From assembly GCA_001798135.1 (NCBI GenBank), contig MGRJ01000009.1:10042-74041 (forward strand): a stretch of DNA of 64,000 bases, read 5' to 3'. Of the stretch, positions 1-10,768 are shown in pieces (the first letter of the stretch is position 1; each line of letters begins with the position of its first letter). The notes beneath the pieces were generated by a model. The model saw only the letters and a program-made list of their open reading frames with translations, had not been told where the DNA came from and ran no database searches. Origin of the DNA: Deltaproteobacteria bacterium RIFCSPHIGHO2_02_FULL_40_28. GTDB taxonomy: Bacteria; UBA10199; 2-12-FULL-40-28. Made by a program: the position numbers and the translations under genes.

Positions 1-1
1 C

Positions 2-2161
2 CCCCAAACTGAAGGTGCGGCTTTAGTTCAACAATCTACTGACATAACTACAGCAGTTTCCAATGTAGCTGAACCTCGTTTTATTAAACTTCCTCCTAAA
101 CCAGAGTCTAAGATACCTGGAATACCTGATCTGACTTCTCTGGTAACTTTAAGTGATGCAGAGAAGGAAGAAGAAGAGAAAAAAAATCGCCTTAAAAAGG
201 TTGTTAAAAAGAAGGATGATAAAATTGAAGTTGATGAAGAAGAATTTGGCAGAATCAGTGATATCTCACAAATTACACGTATAGCGCATACAGATACGAG
301 TAGGGTGGGAGTAGAGCGCGTTTTTAAACCTTCTCGTCTTTCCAAGAAAAAGAAAATTGTTTCAAGAAAAGGTCTTCAAAAAACTCTTATCACTGAAACC
401 AAAGCCAGTAAAAGAATTGTAGAAATGAAAGATACCATTTGGGTTGGTGATTTAGCCAAGGCCATGGGAATTAAATCTGGGGTGATTATCAAAAAACTCA
501 TGGATATGGGAACGATGGCAACGGTTAATCAACCCTTAGATTTTGATACGGCTTGTGTGATCGCACAAGAATATAAATATGAAGTGAAGAATGTAGCTTT
601 TAATGAACAAAAAGTTTTTAACGATGCACAAAAAAATATTCATGAAAAGTTAGAAGCTCGTCCTCCCATTGTAACCGTGATGGGACATGTGGATCATGGG
701 AAAACATCTCTCTTAGATGCTATTCGTAAAAGTAATGTGGTCGACTTCGAGGCTGGTGGTATTACCCAACATATTGGAGCCTATACGGTTAGCTTTCCTA
801 AGGGCAAAATTACTTTTTTAGATACTCCAGGCCACGAAGCGTTTACAGCAATGCGTGCTAGAGGGGCATCGGTTACAGATCTTGTGGTTTTAGTAGTTGC
901 AGCAGATGATGGAATGATGCCGCAAACTTTAGAATCCATCGATCATGCCAAGGCAGCAGAGGTGCCTCTTGTAGTGGCCGTAAATAAAATTGATAAGCCC
1001 GAGGCAGATTTAGATCGTGTAAAAAGACAATTATCTGAACGTGGATTATCACCTGAAGAATGGGGTGGGGATACCCTCTATTGTCCTGTTTCTGCTAAGA
1101 AGAAGCAAGGGATTAGCGAACTGCTAGAAGCTATTTTACTTCAATCTGAAGTTTTAGAATTAAAAGCTGATGTTAATGCCATGGCAGAAGGAACAGTGAT
1201 TGAATCAAGATTAGATCGTAATCGGGGACCTATTTGTACTATTTTGGTTCAAAAAGGAATTTTAAAAGTAGGAGATGCTGTAGTTGCTGGAACTACCTTT
1301 GGTCGAGTGCGTGCTATGATGGATGATAAGGGGGTGGCAGTAGACTCCGCCCATCCTTCCTATGCTGTTCAAGTGATGGGAATAACCGAAGTACCACATG
1401 CTTCAGATATTTTTAATGTGGTGGAAGATGAAAGAGTCGCCAAGGATATTGCAGAAAATAGAGCAGATCAAAAGCGAAAGTTAGCCCAGGCTCAAAATTC
1501 AAAAATTTCTTTGGAGGATTTTTTTGCAAAATCTCAAGGACAGGAAATTAAGGAACTTTCCATCGTGGTTAAAACCGATGTTCATGGTTCTCTTGAAGCT
1601 GTTACGGAATCCTTAAATAAAATTGTTTCAGAAAAGGTAAAGGTTAAAGTAGTTCATTCTGCTGTTGGTGGAATTAGTGAATCTGATGTTCTTTTAGCTT
1701 CTGCTTCACATGCCATTATTATTGGGTTTAATGTGCGTCCTGAAACGATGGCTTTAAATGTTGCTAAGTCAGAAGGGGTAGACATTAAGCTTTATAAAAT
1801 TATTTATGAGATGGTTAATGATGTAAAACTGGCTATGCAAGGGCTTTTAGCTCCTACCAAGAAAGAAAAATATTTGGGAAGAACCGAGGTTCGCCAAGTT
1901 TTTTCTATTTCCAAGGTGGGTTCGGTTGCGGGTTGCTATGTGGTTGATGGAAACATTGCTAGATCAGCCCACTTAAGGCTTTTAAGAGATAATGTGGTGA
2001 TTTATGAGGGAAAAGTTTCTTCCCTCAAACGTTTTAAGGATGATGTAAAAGAAGTGGCACAAGGCTTTGAGTGTGGAATGAATATCGAAGGATATAATGA
2101 TGTAAAAACAGGGGATGTCATTGAAGCCTTTGAGATCGAATTAATTCAAACTAGCCTCTAG
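2..2161 (+). CDS. infB: Translation initiation factor IF-2, 5' truncated by the window edge
   Basis: The frame is open from position 2 with no stop before the GTG at 305. G-domain motifs [13 protein letters not shown] and NKID are present, with an IF-2 C-terminus ([13 protein letters not shown]). Confidence 0.98.
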   Translation, partial: PQTEGAALVQQSTDITTAVSNVAEPRFIKLPPKPESKIPGIPDLTSLVTLSDAEKEEEEKKNRLKKVVKKKDDKIEVDEEEFGRISDISQITRIAHTDTSRVGVERVFKPSRLSKKKKIVSRKGLQKTLITETKASKRIVEMKDTIWVGDLAKAMGIKSGVIIKKLMDMGTMATVNQPLDFDTACVIAQEYKYEVKNVAFNEQKVFNDAQKNIHEKLEARPPIVTVMGHVDHGKTSLLDAIRKSNVVDFEAGGITQHIGAYTVSFPKGKITFLDTPGHEAFTAMRARGASVTDLVVLVVAADDGMMPQTLESIDHAKAAEVPLVVAVNKIDKPEADLDRVKRQLSERGLSPEEWGGDTLYCPVSAKKKQGISELLEAILLQSEVLELKADVNAMAEGTVIESRLDRNRGPICTILVQKGILKVGDAVVAGTTFGRVRAMMDDKGVAVDSAHPSYAVQVMGITEVPHASDIFNVVEDERVAKDIAENRADQKRKLAQAQNSKISLEDFFAKSQGQEIKELSIVVKTDVHGSLEAVTESLNKIVSEKVKVKVVHSAVGGISESDVLLASASHAIIIGFNVRPETMALNVAKSEGVDIKLYKIIYEMVNDVKLAMQGLLAPTKKEKYLGRTEVRQVFSISKVGSVAGCYVVDGNIARSAHLRLLRDNVVIYEGKVSSLKRFKDDVKEVAQGFECGMNIEGYNDVKTGDVIEAFEIELIQTSL

Positions 2162-2163
2162 GA

Positions 2164-2514
2164 ATGGAACACTTAAGACTTAAAAAAATTGAGACCTCCT
2201 ACTATCAAGAATTATCTAATATTTTATTAACCCATGTGCGTGATCCGAGACTCAGTTTAGTGCGGGTAACCCGGGTTAAACTTTCTCCTGATCTTAGCCA
2301 AGCTAAAGTGTTTTTTGATTTAAACGATAAATCTAAGGCAAACGATGCTTTAAAAGGTTTTCGCAAGTGTAAGGGGTTTTTAAAAAAACACCTAGGCTCT
2401 TCTATCCCTCTTCGTTACACTCCAGATTTAGATTTTCGTTTAGATGATTTCATCGGAGATAAAAATAACTTGGATGAAATTTTTGAAAAGATTAAAAAAG
2501 AACACAATGAGTAA
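2164..2514 (+). CDS. rbfA: Ribosome-binding factor A
   Basis: RDPRL, VTRVKLSPDLSQAKVF and LRYTPDLDF motifs; directly after infB. Confidence 0.95.
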   Translation: MEHLRLKKIETSYYQELSNILLTHVRDPRLSLVRVTRVKLSPDLSQAKVFFDLNDKSKANDALKGFRKCKGFLKKHLGSSIPLRYTPDLDFRLDDFIGDKNNLDEIFEKIKKEHNE

Positions 2515-3481
2515 ACAATCTACATTAGATGAGATTGTTAAGCTTATTTATGATGCAAAAAATATTTTAATTGTAGGGCATCGTTTACCCGAAGGGGATG
2601 TGGTTGGTTCGGCTCTTTGTCTTTATTTTGCACTCCAAAAGATGAAGAAAAATCCCTACCTTTATAATCAAGATTCTATTCCTAAAAATCTTAAGTTTTT
2701 ACCAGGTGTAAAAAAGTTTTCTTGCCTGCTTCCATCTGCAAAAAAATTTGATCTTACCCTGATGGTAGATGTGGGAGAGAAAGGACGAGTAGGTGAGAGT
2801 TTTCTCAACCATCCCTTTCTCGGAAAGATTATATGTTTGGATCATCATGCTGTGAGTGTTCATGAGGGGAATTTAAATTTTGTTCTCCCCAATGCTTCTT
2901 CAACAGGTATTGTAGTTTACCATGTTTTAAAAGCTCTTGGAGTTAAAAAATTAAGTTATGAGATAGCCACCAACTTGTATTGCACATTAATTACAGATAC
3001 AGGTTCTTTTCGTTACTCCAATACCAATAGAGAAACTTTTGAATTAGCCAAACTTTGCCTTGATTCTGGAGTAGATCCTTGGCTTGTTGCCAGAAATTGT
3101 TTTGAAACCCAGCCGCTGTCTTGGTTTAAAATGCTTTGTGATGTGGTGACTCATATGGAAATAAAAATGGGAGGTAAAATTTTAATGGCGAGTGTGAGTT
3201 TGGCTCAGCTTAAAAAAACCAGGGCCAGTTTAGAACAAGCCGAAGCCCTTGCTTCTCATTTAAGAACTTTAGAAGGCGTTCAGGTGTGTGCCATGTTTAT
3301 TGAACAAAAGAGAGGATTTTTTAAAATAAGTTTTCGTTCTAATGGTTCTTATGATGTTGGCAAATTAGCTAAAAGGCTAGGGGGAGGGGGACATCGCAAG
3401 GCTTCGGGTTGTGAAATGCAAGGACCTCTTTCATCCATTAAAAAAATTATTCTTTCCGAGCTTCGTAAAAATCTTTCATGA
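2507..3481 (+). CDS. nrnA: DHH/DHHA1 phosphoesterase (NrnA-type oligoribonuclease/pAp phosphatase)
   Basis: LDHH, TDTGSF and GGGGH motifs. The ATG at 2507 overlapping the rbfA end is preferred over 2444. Confidence 0.9.
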   Translation: MSKQSTLDEIVKLIYDAKNILIVGHRLPEGDVVGSALCLYFALQKMKKNPYLYNQDSIPKNLKFLPGVKKFSCLLPSAKKFDLTLMVDVGEKGRVGESFLNHPFLGKIICLDHHAVSVHEGNLNFVLPNASSTGIVVYHVLKALGVKKLSYEIATNLYCTLITDTGSFRYSNTNRETFELAKLCLDSGVDPWLVARNCFETQPLSWFKMLCDVVTHMEIKMGGKILMASVSLAQLKKTRASLEQAEALASHLRTLEGVQVCAMFIEQKRGFFKISFRSNGSYDVGKLAKRLGGGGHRKASGCEMQGPLSSIKKIILSELRKNLS

Positions 3482-4332
3482 ATGGTTTTTTACTTATTAA
3501 TAAACCGTGTGGCCCAAGCTCTCATGATATTTTAGATTTACTTCGCAAATTTCCTTTTAAAAAAATTGGACATACAGGAACCCTCGATCCTTTTGCTTCT
3601 GGTCTTTTGGTGGTAGGAATTAACGAAAGTTTAAAATTTCTTTCCTATTTAAATGAGGAACCTAAAATTTATGAGGCCACTTTAACTCTTGGTTGCCAAA
3701 CAGACACCATGGATCATACAGGGAAAGTTATTTCAGAGGCCGCTATCCCTTCACTTACCCAAGAATTAGTACAAGATACTTGCAATGCATTTATTGGGAT
3801 TTATCATCAGTTGCCTCCCATGTTTTCTGCAAAGAAAAAGGATGGGAAAAAGCTTTATGAATTAGCACGCAAAGGAATTACTGTTGAACGAAAAGAAGTG
3901 CCGGTAACCATTCATTCACTTTTGGTTAAAAGTGTACATCTTCCAAAAATTCAGTTTGAAATTTCCTGCTCTAAGGGAACTTATGTGCGAGAAATTGGTT
4001 CTAGTCTTGCTCAAAAGTTGGGATGCGTAGGGCACTTAAGTGCTTTGTGCCGGTTTGCTTCTGGACCTTTTAATTTGGGAAAATCTATTCAATTAGAAAA
4101 TTTAAATTCAGCTCATTCTTTTGAGCTTATTTCTATTTCCGAAGCCTTAAATCATTGGCCAAAACTACAACTCACAGGAACCGAAGTAAAAGAACTAAGA
4201 CAGGGGAAAAAATTAAACCAAAAAAACCAGGAAGGTTTTTATCAATTATTTGGCGAAGAAGATTTTATAGGCATGGGTGAAATTAAAGAGGATGTACTTT
4301 CTGCAAAACGCCTGATGGAATATGTGTTGTAG
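3478..4332 (+). CDS. truB: tRNA pseudouridine(55) synthase
   Basis: KIGHTGTLDPFASG, PPMFSAKK and CSKGTYVR motifs. Confidence 0.97.
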   Translation: MNGFLLINKPCGPSSHDILDLLRKFPFKKIGHTGTLDPFASGLLVVGINESLKFLSYLNEEPKIYEATLTLGCQTDTMDHTGKVISEAAIPSLTQELVQDTCNAFIGIYHQLPPMFSAKKKDGKKLYELARKGITVERKEVPVTIHSLLVKSVHLPKIQFEISCSKGTYVREIGSSLAQKLGCVGHLSALCRFASGPFNLGKSIQLENLNSAHSFELISISEALNHWPKLQLTGTEVKELRQGKKLNQKNQEGFYQLFGEEDFIGMGEIKEDVLSAKRLMEYVL

Positions 4333-4382
4333 GGGCAAAAGCGATTGTAAGCAAATTATTATTAAAAAATAATAGTATTATG

Positions 4383-4410
4383 TTGACATTATATTTTTTT
4401 AAAGTAATAT
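4383..4410 (+). promoter_or_regulatory. Putative sigma70 promoter of the AbiE operon
   Basis: TTGACA (4383-4388), 16 nt spacer, TAATAT (4405-4410), followed by the AT palindrome TATTAA-TAT-TTAATA, a possible autoregulatory operator. Confidence 0.5.
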
Positions 4411-4437
4411 ATTATTAATATTTAATAGTAATTTGTT

Positions 4438-5049
4438 ATGAAGCCAGACCAAGAAACTAAACTCTATCAAATTGCAGAAACCCAGCTTGGGTATTTTACC
4501 AGTAAACAAGCCTCCCTTGCCGGTTACAGTGCTGTAAATCACCCGTACCACGTCAATAAGGGCCATTGGGTGCGTGAACATCGTGGTATTTATCGATTGG
4601 CCAATTTTCCACAATCTCCTGAAGGTGAGTTTGTTTTGTGGTCATTGTGGTCAAGAAATCAAAGTGATATTCCACAAGGGGTATACTCCCACGAAACGGC
4701 TTTGAGTCTTTATGAGGTCAGCGATGTTTTGCCTGCCAAGTTACACATGACTGTACCTAAGCAGTTCCGCAAAGCTGGCAATAGGCCTACTGTTTTAGTT
4801 TTGCATCGAGCTGATCTCACAATCGATGAAATTCAAAAAAAAACAGGATTTTCAGTCACAACACCGTTTAAAACCGTTACAGATCTTCTCGCAGAAGGCG
4901 TCCTCTCTGAGGACATCATCAAACAAGCCCTCAAAGAGTTTTTTCAACAAGGATTATTAACGGAAAAAGATACCATAAAACTTGTTGAAAAACACCCATC
5001 ACTTGCCAAGCACATTTTTCGACTGGCTCAAATTGAGAATAGATTATGA
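4438..5049 (+). CDS. Type IV toxin-antitoxin antitoxin, AbiEi family
   Basis: N-terminal wHTH (QLGYFTSKQA...RGIYRL) plus SHETAL and VTTPFKT motifs; ATGA overlap with the next gene. Confidence 0.85.
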   Translation: MKPDQETKLYQIAETQLGYFTSKQASLAGYSAVNHPYHVNKGHWVREHRGIYRLANFPQSPEGEFVLWSLWSRNQSDIPQGVYSHETALSLYEVSDVLPAKLHMTVPKQFRKAGNRPTVLVLHRADLTIDEIQKKTGFSVTTPFKTVTDLLAEGVLSEDIIKQALKEFFQQGLLTEKDTIKLVEKHPSLAKHIFRLAQIENRL

Positions 5050-5912
5050 CTAAAAAATATGCCACAGCAACGGCGTTTCGAATGGCTTTGGAAGAACGTT
5101 TAAAAACTCACTCACGCAACAGGGGCGTTGACCTGCAAAAACTGCGAACACAAGTTGCTTTTGATTGTTTGCTTTCTCGTTTTTTTGAACTCTTACCCAA
5201 TGATCTTCGACTAAAAGGGGGTTATGCCATGGAGCTTAGATTCAAAGGATCGCGTATAACAAAAGACATTGATTTGATTGTTAAAGAAAAATGGGTACGG
5301 TTTCATAACGACAGCAATCAAAATTTACGTCAAGTATTGCAAGACGCAGTTACATCAAAAATTTATCCTGATTTTTTTATTTTTTTGATTGGTACTCCCA
5401 AATTAAATTTAGAAGCCCCTCCGCATGGTGGATATCGTTATCCGGTAGTAGCCCAATTGGATGGGCGCTTGTTTGTTCAATTTCCCATCGATATTGTTAC
5501 GACCTCTCTCATTATTGATCCTGTTGAGCATCTTGAAAGCAAAAATTTTTTGAAATTTGCCGGCATTAAAAACAAACCGTTTCCTTGTATTTCCAAAGCA
5601 CAGCAATTTGCAGAGAAACTTCATGCTTATACTTTTCCAAGAGAAGAATCAGACAAATCCAGAGTCAAAGATTTGATTGATCTCATTTTATTGATTGGGC
5701 TTGAAAAGCTCGAAAAGAAACACTTAAAAATGGCAATCACAAAAGTTTTTGAATATCGTGACACACATCCCATTCCCCAAAAACTTGACCCACCACCAGC
5801 TAACTGGGAACCAAAATTCAACAAACTTGCCAAAGAATGTGGCATTCAAAAAAACACATCAGAAGCCTTTGAACTGCTTTCTGCATTTGTTCGTAAAATC
5901 TATCATCAGTAG
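5046..5912 (+). CDS. Type IV toxin-antitoxin toxin, AbiEii nucleotidyltransferase
   Basis: LKGG, TKDIDL, AEKLHA and SRVKDLIDL motifs. Confidence 0.9.
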   Translation: MTKKYATATAFRMALEERLKTHSRNRGVDLQKLRTQVAFDCLLSRFFELLPNDLRLKGGYAMELRFKGSRITKDIDLIVKEKWVRFHNDSNQNLRQVLQDAVTSKIYPDFFIFLIGTPKLNLEAPPHGGYRYPVVAQLDGRLFVQFPIDIVTTSLIIDPVEHLESKNFLKFAGIKNKPFPCISKAQQFAEKLHAYTFPREESDKSRVKDLIDLILLIGLEKLEKKHLKMAITKVFEYRDTHPIPQKLDPPPANWEPKFNKLAKECGIQKNTSEAFELLSAFVRKIYHQ

Positions 5913-7081
5913 AGTAGGTACTTCCGTCTTGTTTTTTTAAATTCTTCCTCTTCTTTTTTCCAAGAGGATGCTATTTTTGTTAGAGGAGTTTTTTCTTCCA
6001 GGTGTTTTCTTAATTCATTTGATCCATATAATAAATCAATTGCGGGAATTTTACTCACAAACTCGTAAGGAGTGTTTCGCCATTCAAAATGATTGGGATA
6101 GAGATCGAAAATAGTTTTTAAAATAGCAATACCTGTTAAAAATGGTTGGTATTGATTTCTATTTTTGACATGAATTTGAATTCCCCTACAATCAAGATCT
6201 GCCAGTTTTTGGAAAGTAGGACAAAAGTGGATGGGGCGAAAAAGTACTCCTGGTAGTTTTATTTTGTTGAGTGCATGGGTTAAATCGAAGGAATTAATAA
6301 AGGGCGCTCCAACAAATTCGAAAGGACGGGTGGTGCCTCTTCCCTCAGAAATTTGAGTTGCTTCAATGAGGCAGGCTCCTGGATAAACAAGGGTTGTAGC
6401 AAGGCTTGGCATATTGGGAGAGGGCAAAACCCAGGAGAGGCCTGTTTCATCAAAGTAAGAAGATCGGTTCCAGTTTTTAAGAGGAATAATTTCTAAATCA
6501 CAATCGCTTTGATCCAGATCTTTAAAATAAAGAGCTAATTCTCCTAAAGTCATGCCATGTCTTACGGGCAGTGGATAAAGCCCAACAAAGGATTCAAAGC
6601 CTTTTTTTAAAATGGGACCTTCAATGGTTTTTCCATTGAGAGGATTAGGTCTATCGAGCACAATGATTTTGGTTTTTGTTTTTGCTGCCGCACGCATACA
6701 AAGAGCCATAGAGTAGATAAAAGTGTAATAGCGTGCCCCTACATCTTGAAGATCACAAATTAAAATATCAACATCATGCAAATCACTTGTTTTGGGAGAG
6801 AGTGATGCAAAATCTCTTCCGTACAAACTGATGATGGGCTTTTGAGAAAGGGGATCGATAGAGTAAGACACATTTTCCATGTCTTGAGCATGGCCCCATA
6901 ACCCATGTTCAGGACTAAAAATTTTTGAAAAATGAATTTTTGAATTTTGAATGAGAAGAGACACCAAATGATGAAGCTTTGACGTAACGCTGGCTGCATG
7001 GGCTAGGATGGCTATTCTTTTTCCAGTGTAAGAGTTTAACCTTTGAGAAACAAGATCGAGGCCTGTTTTTACTTGTGCCAT
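5906..7081 (-). CDS. namZ: Exo-beta-N-acetylmuramidase NamZ (DUF1343)
   Basis: FSPEHG, DLQDVGARYYTF, LDRPNP, RHGMTLGE, SPNMP and SEGRGTTRPFE motifs. Confidence 0.9.
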   Translation of the reverse strand: MAQVKTGLDLVSQRLNSYTGKRIAILAHAASVTSKLHHLVSLLIQNSKIHFSKIFSPEHGLWGHAQDMENVSYSIDPLSQKPIISLYGRDFASLSPKTSDLHDVDILICDLQDVGARYYTFIYSMALCMRAAAKTKTKIIVLDRPNPLNGKTIEGPILKKGFESFVGLYPLPVRHGMTLGELALYFKDLDQSDCDLEIIPLKNWNRSSYFDETGLSWVLPSPNMPSLATTLVYPGACLIEATQISEGRGTTRPFEFVGAPFINSFDLTHALNKIKLPGVLFRPIHFCPTFQKLADLDCRGIQIHVKNRNQYQPFLTGIAILKTIFDLYPNHFEWRNTPYEFVSKIPAIDLLYGSNELRKHLEEKTPLTKIASSWKKEEEEFKKTRRKYLLY

Positions 7082-7214
7082 GGTTCTTTAACAATACCTG
7101 TGCGTAAATCAAACGCCAAGGGTTTTGTTTTAAAACTTTTTTTGGAGTATTTTTTCTTTCAAAAAAAATCACTCTATTTTTCAAAGAGATGACAAGAGCG
7201 TTTTATTTTTATAA

Positions 7215-7230
7215 TGGCACGATGTTTGAA
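7215..7230 (+). promoter_or_regulatory. Putative sigma54 (-24/-12) promoter of comM/yifB
   Basis: TGGCAC-GATGT-TTGAA; perfect -24 box, -12 box has GA instead of GC; 25 nt upstream of the ATG. Confidence 0.5.
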
Positions 7231-7255
7231 GAGATAAAGAGAGAGGGAGAAGGGT

Positions 7256-8779
7256 ATGTTGGCTAGTCTTCGTACGGCGGGTTTATTGGGGCTTAATGCT
7301 TATTTAGTTGATATCGAGGTTGATATTTGTCGCAAATCTCTTCCTCAGTGGCACATGGTGGGGCTTCCTGAGAGCGAAGTTAAAGAAAGCCGTGAGAGGG
7401 TGATTGCAGCTATCAAAAACAGCGGTTTCGATTTTTCTCAAAGGAAAATTACAATTAACCTGGCTCCTGCCAATATTCGCAAAGAAGGAACAGCCTTTGA
7501 TCTTCCCATTGCCTTGGGGCTTTTATCAGCAAGTGGATTTATTAGTGTTACTTCCATGCCGGGATATCTTTTTTTTGGAGAGTTATCCATGGATGGGCGC
7601 TTGCGTTCGATTCGTGGATTGCTTCCCCTTCTTTTACTAGCTAAAAAAAAGAAAATTTCGAAGGTGATTATTCCCAAGGAAAATGCAGGGGAGGCTTCGG
7701 TAGTTGAGGGCTTAACAATTTATGCTTTAGAAAATTTAAGTGAAGCTGTTGATTTGGTGGAGGGCAAACACGAATTTTTACCTTTGCAGGCACAAAAGTT
7801 TTTACCGAAGTTGGAGGAGATATCTCATGATTTTCAAGATGTGTGTGGTCAATTTCAAACCAAAAGAGCCTTAGAAATTGCAGCTTGTGGTGGTCACAAT
7901 GTACTTTTAATTGGATCTCCTGGTTCTGGGAAAACCATGTTGGCTTCGCGTTTACCAGGAATTTTGCCTCCTCTTAGCTTTGAAGAAAGTTTGGAGACCT
8001 CAGCCATTTATAGTGTGATGGGATTTATTAAAAACCAAAGTTCTCTTTTAAGTGAACGCCCTTTTCGTGCTCCTCATCATAGTATTTCAGATGCTGGTCT
8101 TATTGGAGGGGGTTCTATTCCAAAGCCTGGTGAGGTATCGATGGCACACCATGGGGTTCTTTTTTTAGATGAGCTTCCTGAATTTAAAAAGCATGTTATT
8201 GAACTTTTAAGACAACCACTCGAATCACGTGAAGTAACCATTTCTCGTTCGGGGTTATCGCTTACTTATCCGGCTCATTTTATTTTAATAGCAGCGATGA
8301 ATGGATGCCCCTGTGGATACTTAGGGCATCCGCGCATTGCTTGTATTTGTGGTCCGAATCAGGTTCAAAAATATAGGGCTAAAATTTCTGGTCCGCTATT
8401 GGATCGCATGGATCTTCAAATTTTTGTTCCTCCCATTACTTATGAAGATATTTCTTCTTCTCTTACAAATAGAGAAGCTTCTTTTGTCATTCGAAAAAGA
8501 GTAGATGAGGTGAGATGTTTGCAACAAAAAAGATTTAAAAATCATTCTTTAAATGCTCACATGGGGTCAAAAAATATTCGTAAATATTGTGAATTAAAAC
8601 CCGAATCAAAACAAATTATGAAAAATTTAATGGACAAATTTCATCTATCTGCCAGGGCCCACGATCGTATTTTAAAAGTATCTCGAACCATTGCAGACTT
8701 AGCAGGGGTAAGTGTGATTGAAACCTCCCATCTTTTAGAAGCCGTTCAGTATCGTTTTTTAGAAAGACCCTTAGTTTAA
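7256..8779 (+). CDS. comM: YifB/ComM Mg-chelatase-like AAA+ ATPase
   Basis: ITINLAPA, FDLPIA, GSPGSGKT, RAPHH, GVLFLDE, CPCG and SGPLLDR motifs. Confidence 0.92.
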   Translation: MLASLRTAGLLGLNAYLVDIEVDICRKSLPQWHMVGLPESEVKESRERVIAAIKNSGFDFSQRKITINLAPANIRKEGTAFDLPIALGLLSASGFISVTSMPGYLFFGELSMDGRLRSIRGLLPLLLLAKKKKISKVIIPKENAGEASVVEGLTIYALENLSEAVDLVEGKHEFLPLQAQKFLPKLEEISHDFQDVCGQFQTKRALEIAACGGHNVLLIGSPGSGKTMLASRLPGILPPLSFEESLETSAIYSVMGFIKNQSSLLSERPFRAPHHSISDAGLIGGGSIPKPGEVSMAHHGVLFLDELPEFKKHVIELLRQPLESREVTISRSGLSLTYPAHFILIAAMNGCPCGYLGHPRIACICGPNQVQKYRAKISGPLLDRMDLQIFVPPITYEDISSSLTNREASFVIRKRVDEVRCLQQKRFKNHSLNAHMGSKNIRKYCELKPESKQIMKNLMDKFHLSARAHDRILKVSRTIADLAGVSVIETSHLLEAVQYRFLERPLV

Positions 8780-8844
8780 GGGTAGACGATCTGGCAACTA
8801 AAAACTAGACATCATCTCTTTTATATGATCAATATCACCTCTTT

Positions 8845-10719
8845 ATGAAACTTTTACTTATCAATCCCAAATTTCCTGAGAGTTTTTGGAGTTTCTCTTG
8901 GGCCATGAATACAATTATCAAAGATAAAAAAGCTGTTAATTCTCCATTAGGCTTGGCAACCCTTGCAGCCCTTACACCACAAAATTGGGAAATTACAATT
9001 ATTGATGAAAATGTAGAACCAATCGATTGGTCTTTTAAGGCTGATATCGTAGGAGTTTGTGGTATGGGAGTGCAGGTATCACGACAAAAGGAAATTTTAG
9101 AACATTTTCGGAGGCGTGGAATTTATACAGTAGTTGGTGGCTCCTATGCTTCTCTTTGTCCTGAAGAATATGAAGGGTTAGCCGATACCATTGTTTCTGG
9201 TGAGGCGGAGAATATTTGGCCAAAGTTTTGTGTTGATTTTTTAGCTGGCAAACCAGAGAAGCTTTATCAAGAAACAGATGTTGTTGATGTTACCACATCG
9301 CCTGTGCCGCGTTATGATCTGATTAAACTTCAATCTTATCAAAAAGTATCCCTCCAATTTTCTCGTGGTTGTCCGTTTCAATGCGAATTTTGTGACATTA
9401 TTGTTATGTTTGGCCGTAAGCCGCGAACAAAAACAGTAGAACAAATTGGGCAAGAGCTTGATGTATTACGTGCCCAGGGAATAACTGGTGTTTTTTTTGT
9501 TGATGATAACTTGATAGGAAATCGGGCTTTGGCGAAAAAACTTTTACATTTTTTGGCTGAATATCAAGAAAAGCATCATTATCGTTTTAGCTTTGGTACT
9601 GAAGCTTCGATTAATATGGCTGAGGATAGCGAACTCATGGCTTTGTTTAAACAAGCCAATTTTGAATGGGTGTTTATTGGAATTGAAACGCCAAGTGCTG
9701 CAGGTCTTCAAGAGACCAAAAAAACTCAAAATTTGCGAGGGGATCTTTTAACTTCTCTCAGAACCATTTATTCCTATGGAATCGATATAACAGCCGGATT
9801 TATTGTTGGTTTTGATTCAGATGATAAAACTATTTTTGATCGACAGTATGAATTTATTGTTTCTTCGGGAATTGCAATGGCCATGGTGGGGCTTTTATAT
9901 GCTGCTCCCAAGACACCTCTCCATAAACGTCTTTATGAGGCAGGACGTTTGCGCAATATAAATACTCCTGATAATACAGCCCCCTTAACCAATATTATTC
10001 CCCTTCAGATGACTTATGATGAACTGGTCGAAGGTTATAAAAGTCTTTATGTACGGCTTTTAACTCATCATGTTACCTATCGTCGTTTAGCTCATAAACT
10101 GCCTCATATGAAGCAAACTCTTGTTTCTTCTCATTTAAGTTTGAAACAAAAAATGAATTATTTTTGGCAATTATTTTGGCATGGGATTGTTCCTGGTGGT
10201 TTTGGATGTTTTTATTATTTTTTAAAATCACTCAGTTTAACCATTCGTCGTCCTGATCTTTTAGCCACCGTGATTACTGATTGGATTGTAGTTTTATCAC
10301 TTAAAAATTTTTGGGAGAGGTCTTTAAACAGATCACTTGTAAAAACTGAAACTCTTTTAGAATTACTACAAAGAAGAGTGATAAAAAATGTACAAGAAGC
10401 CTGGCAAACTGGATTGGTTGCTTTGCGCCTGCAAATTTTTAAGGACAGACCCTCTGTTTGGATTGATTTAAAAAAGTCATTTGATGCAAAATTATCCAGT
10501 AGACTTGCTCGAGTGCTTTCTAAAACTCTCAAGAAAAACCATGAAGTGGTAGTGATTAATTGTCATGAACTTGAAGAATCAAGCTGGCCTTCTCTTGGAA
10601 TATTGCTTCAAAAACTTAAGCAATATCGAAACCAAATTCATATTCACCTCACCGAGTCTCTTTATCAACACCTGTATGCCGAACTTTCTTTATTTCAATA
10701 TTCACTTATTTTAGTTTAA
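8845..10719 (+). CDS. B12-binding radical SAM protein (DUF4070/HpnP-like) with a C-terminal extension
   Basis: N-terminal cobalamin-binding region (PLGLATLAA, VVGG), CPFQCEFC motif, VDDN, GIE and GFIVGFD. Confidence 0.88.
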   Translation: MKLLLINPKFPESFWSFSWAMNTIIKDKKAVNSPLGLATLAALTPQNWEITIIDENVEPIDWSFKADIVGVCGMGVQVSRQKEILEHFRRRGIYTVVGGSYASLCPEEYEGLADTIVSGEAENIWPKFCVDFLAGKPEKLYQETDVVDVTTSPVPRYDLIKLQSYQKVSLQFSRGCPFQCEFCDIIVMFGRKPRTKTVEQIGQELDVLRAQGITGVFFVDDNLIGNRALAKKLLHFLAEYQEKHHYRFSFGTEASINMAEDSELMALFKQANFEWVFIGIETPSAAGLQETKKTQNLRGDLLTSLRTIYSYGIDITAGFIVGFDSDDKTIFDRQYEFIVSSGIAMAMVGLLYAAPKTPLHKRLYEAGRLRNINTPDNTAPLTNIIPLQMTYDELVEGYKSLYVRLLTHHVTYRRLAHKLPHMKQTLVSSHLSLKQKMNYFWQLFWHGIVPGGFGCFYYFLKSLSLTIRRPDLLATVITDWIVVLSLKNFWERSLNRSLVKTETLLELLQRRVIKNVQEAWQTGLVALRLQIFKDRPSVWIDLKKSFDAKLSSRLARVLSKTLKKNHEVVVINCHELEESSWPSLGILLQKLKQYRNQIHIHLTESLYQHLYAELSLFQYSLILV

Positions 10720-10768
10720 TTTTCAAAATGAGTTTTTCAGACATTTTGAATTATGATAACATTAAACA

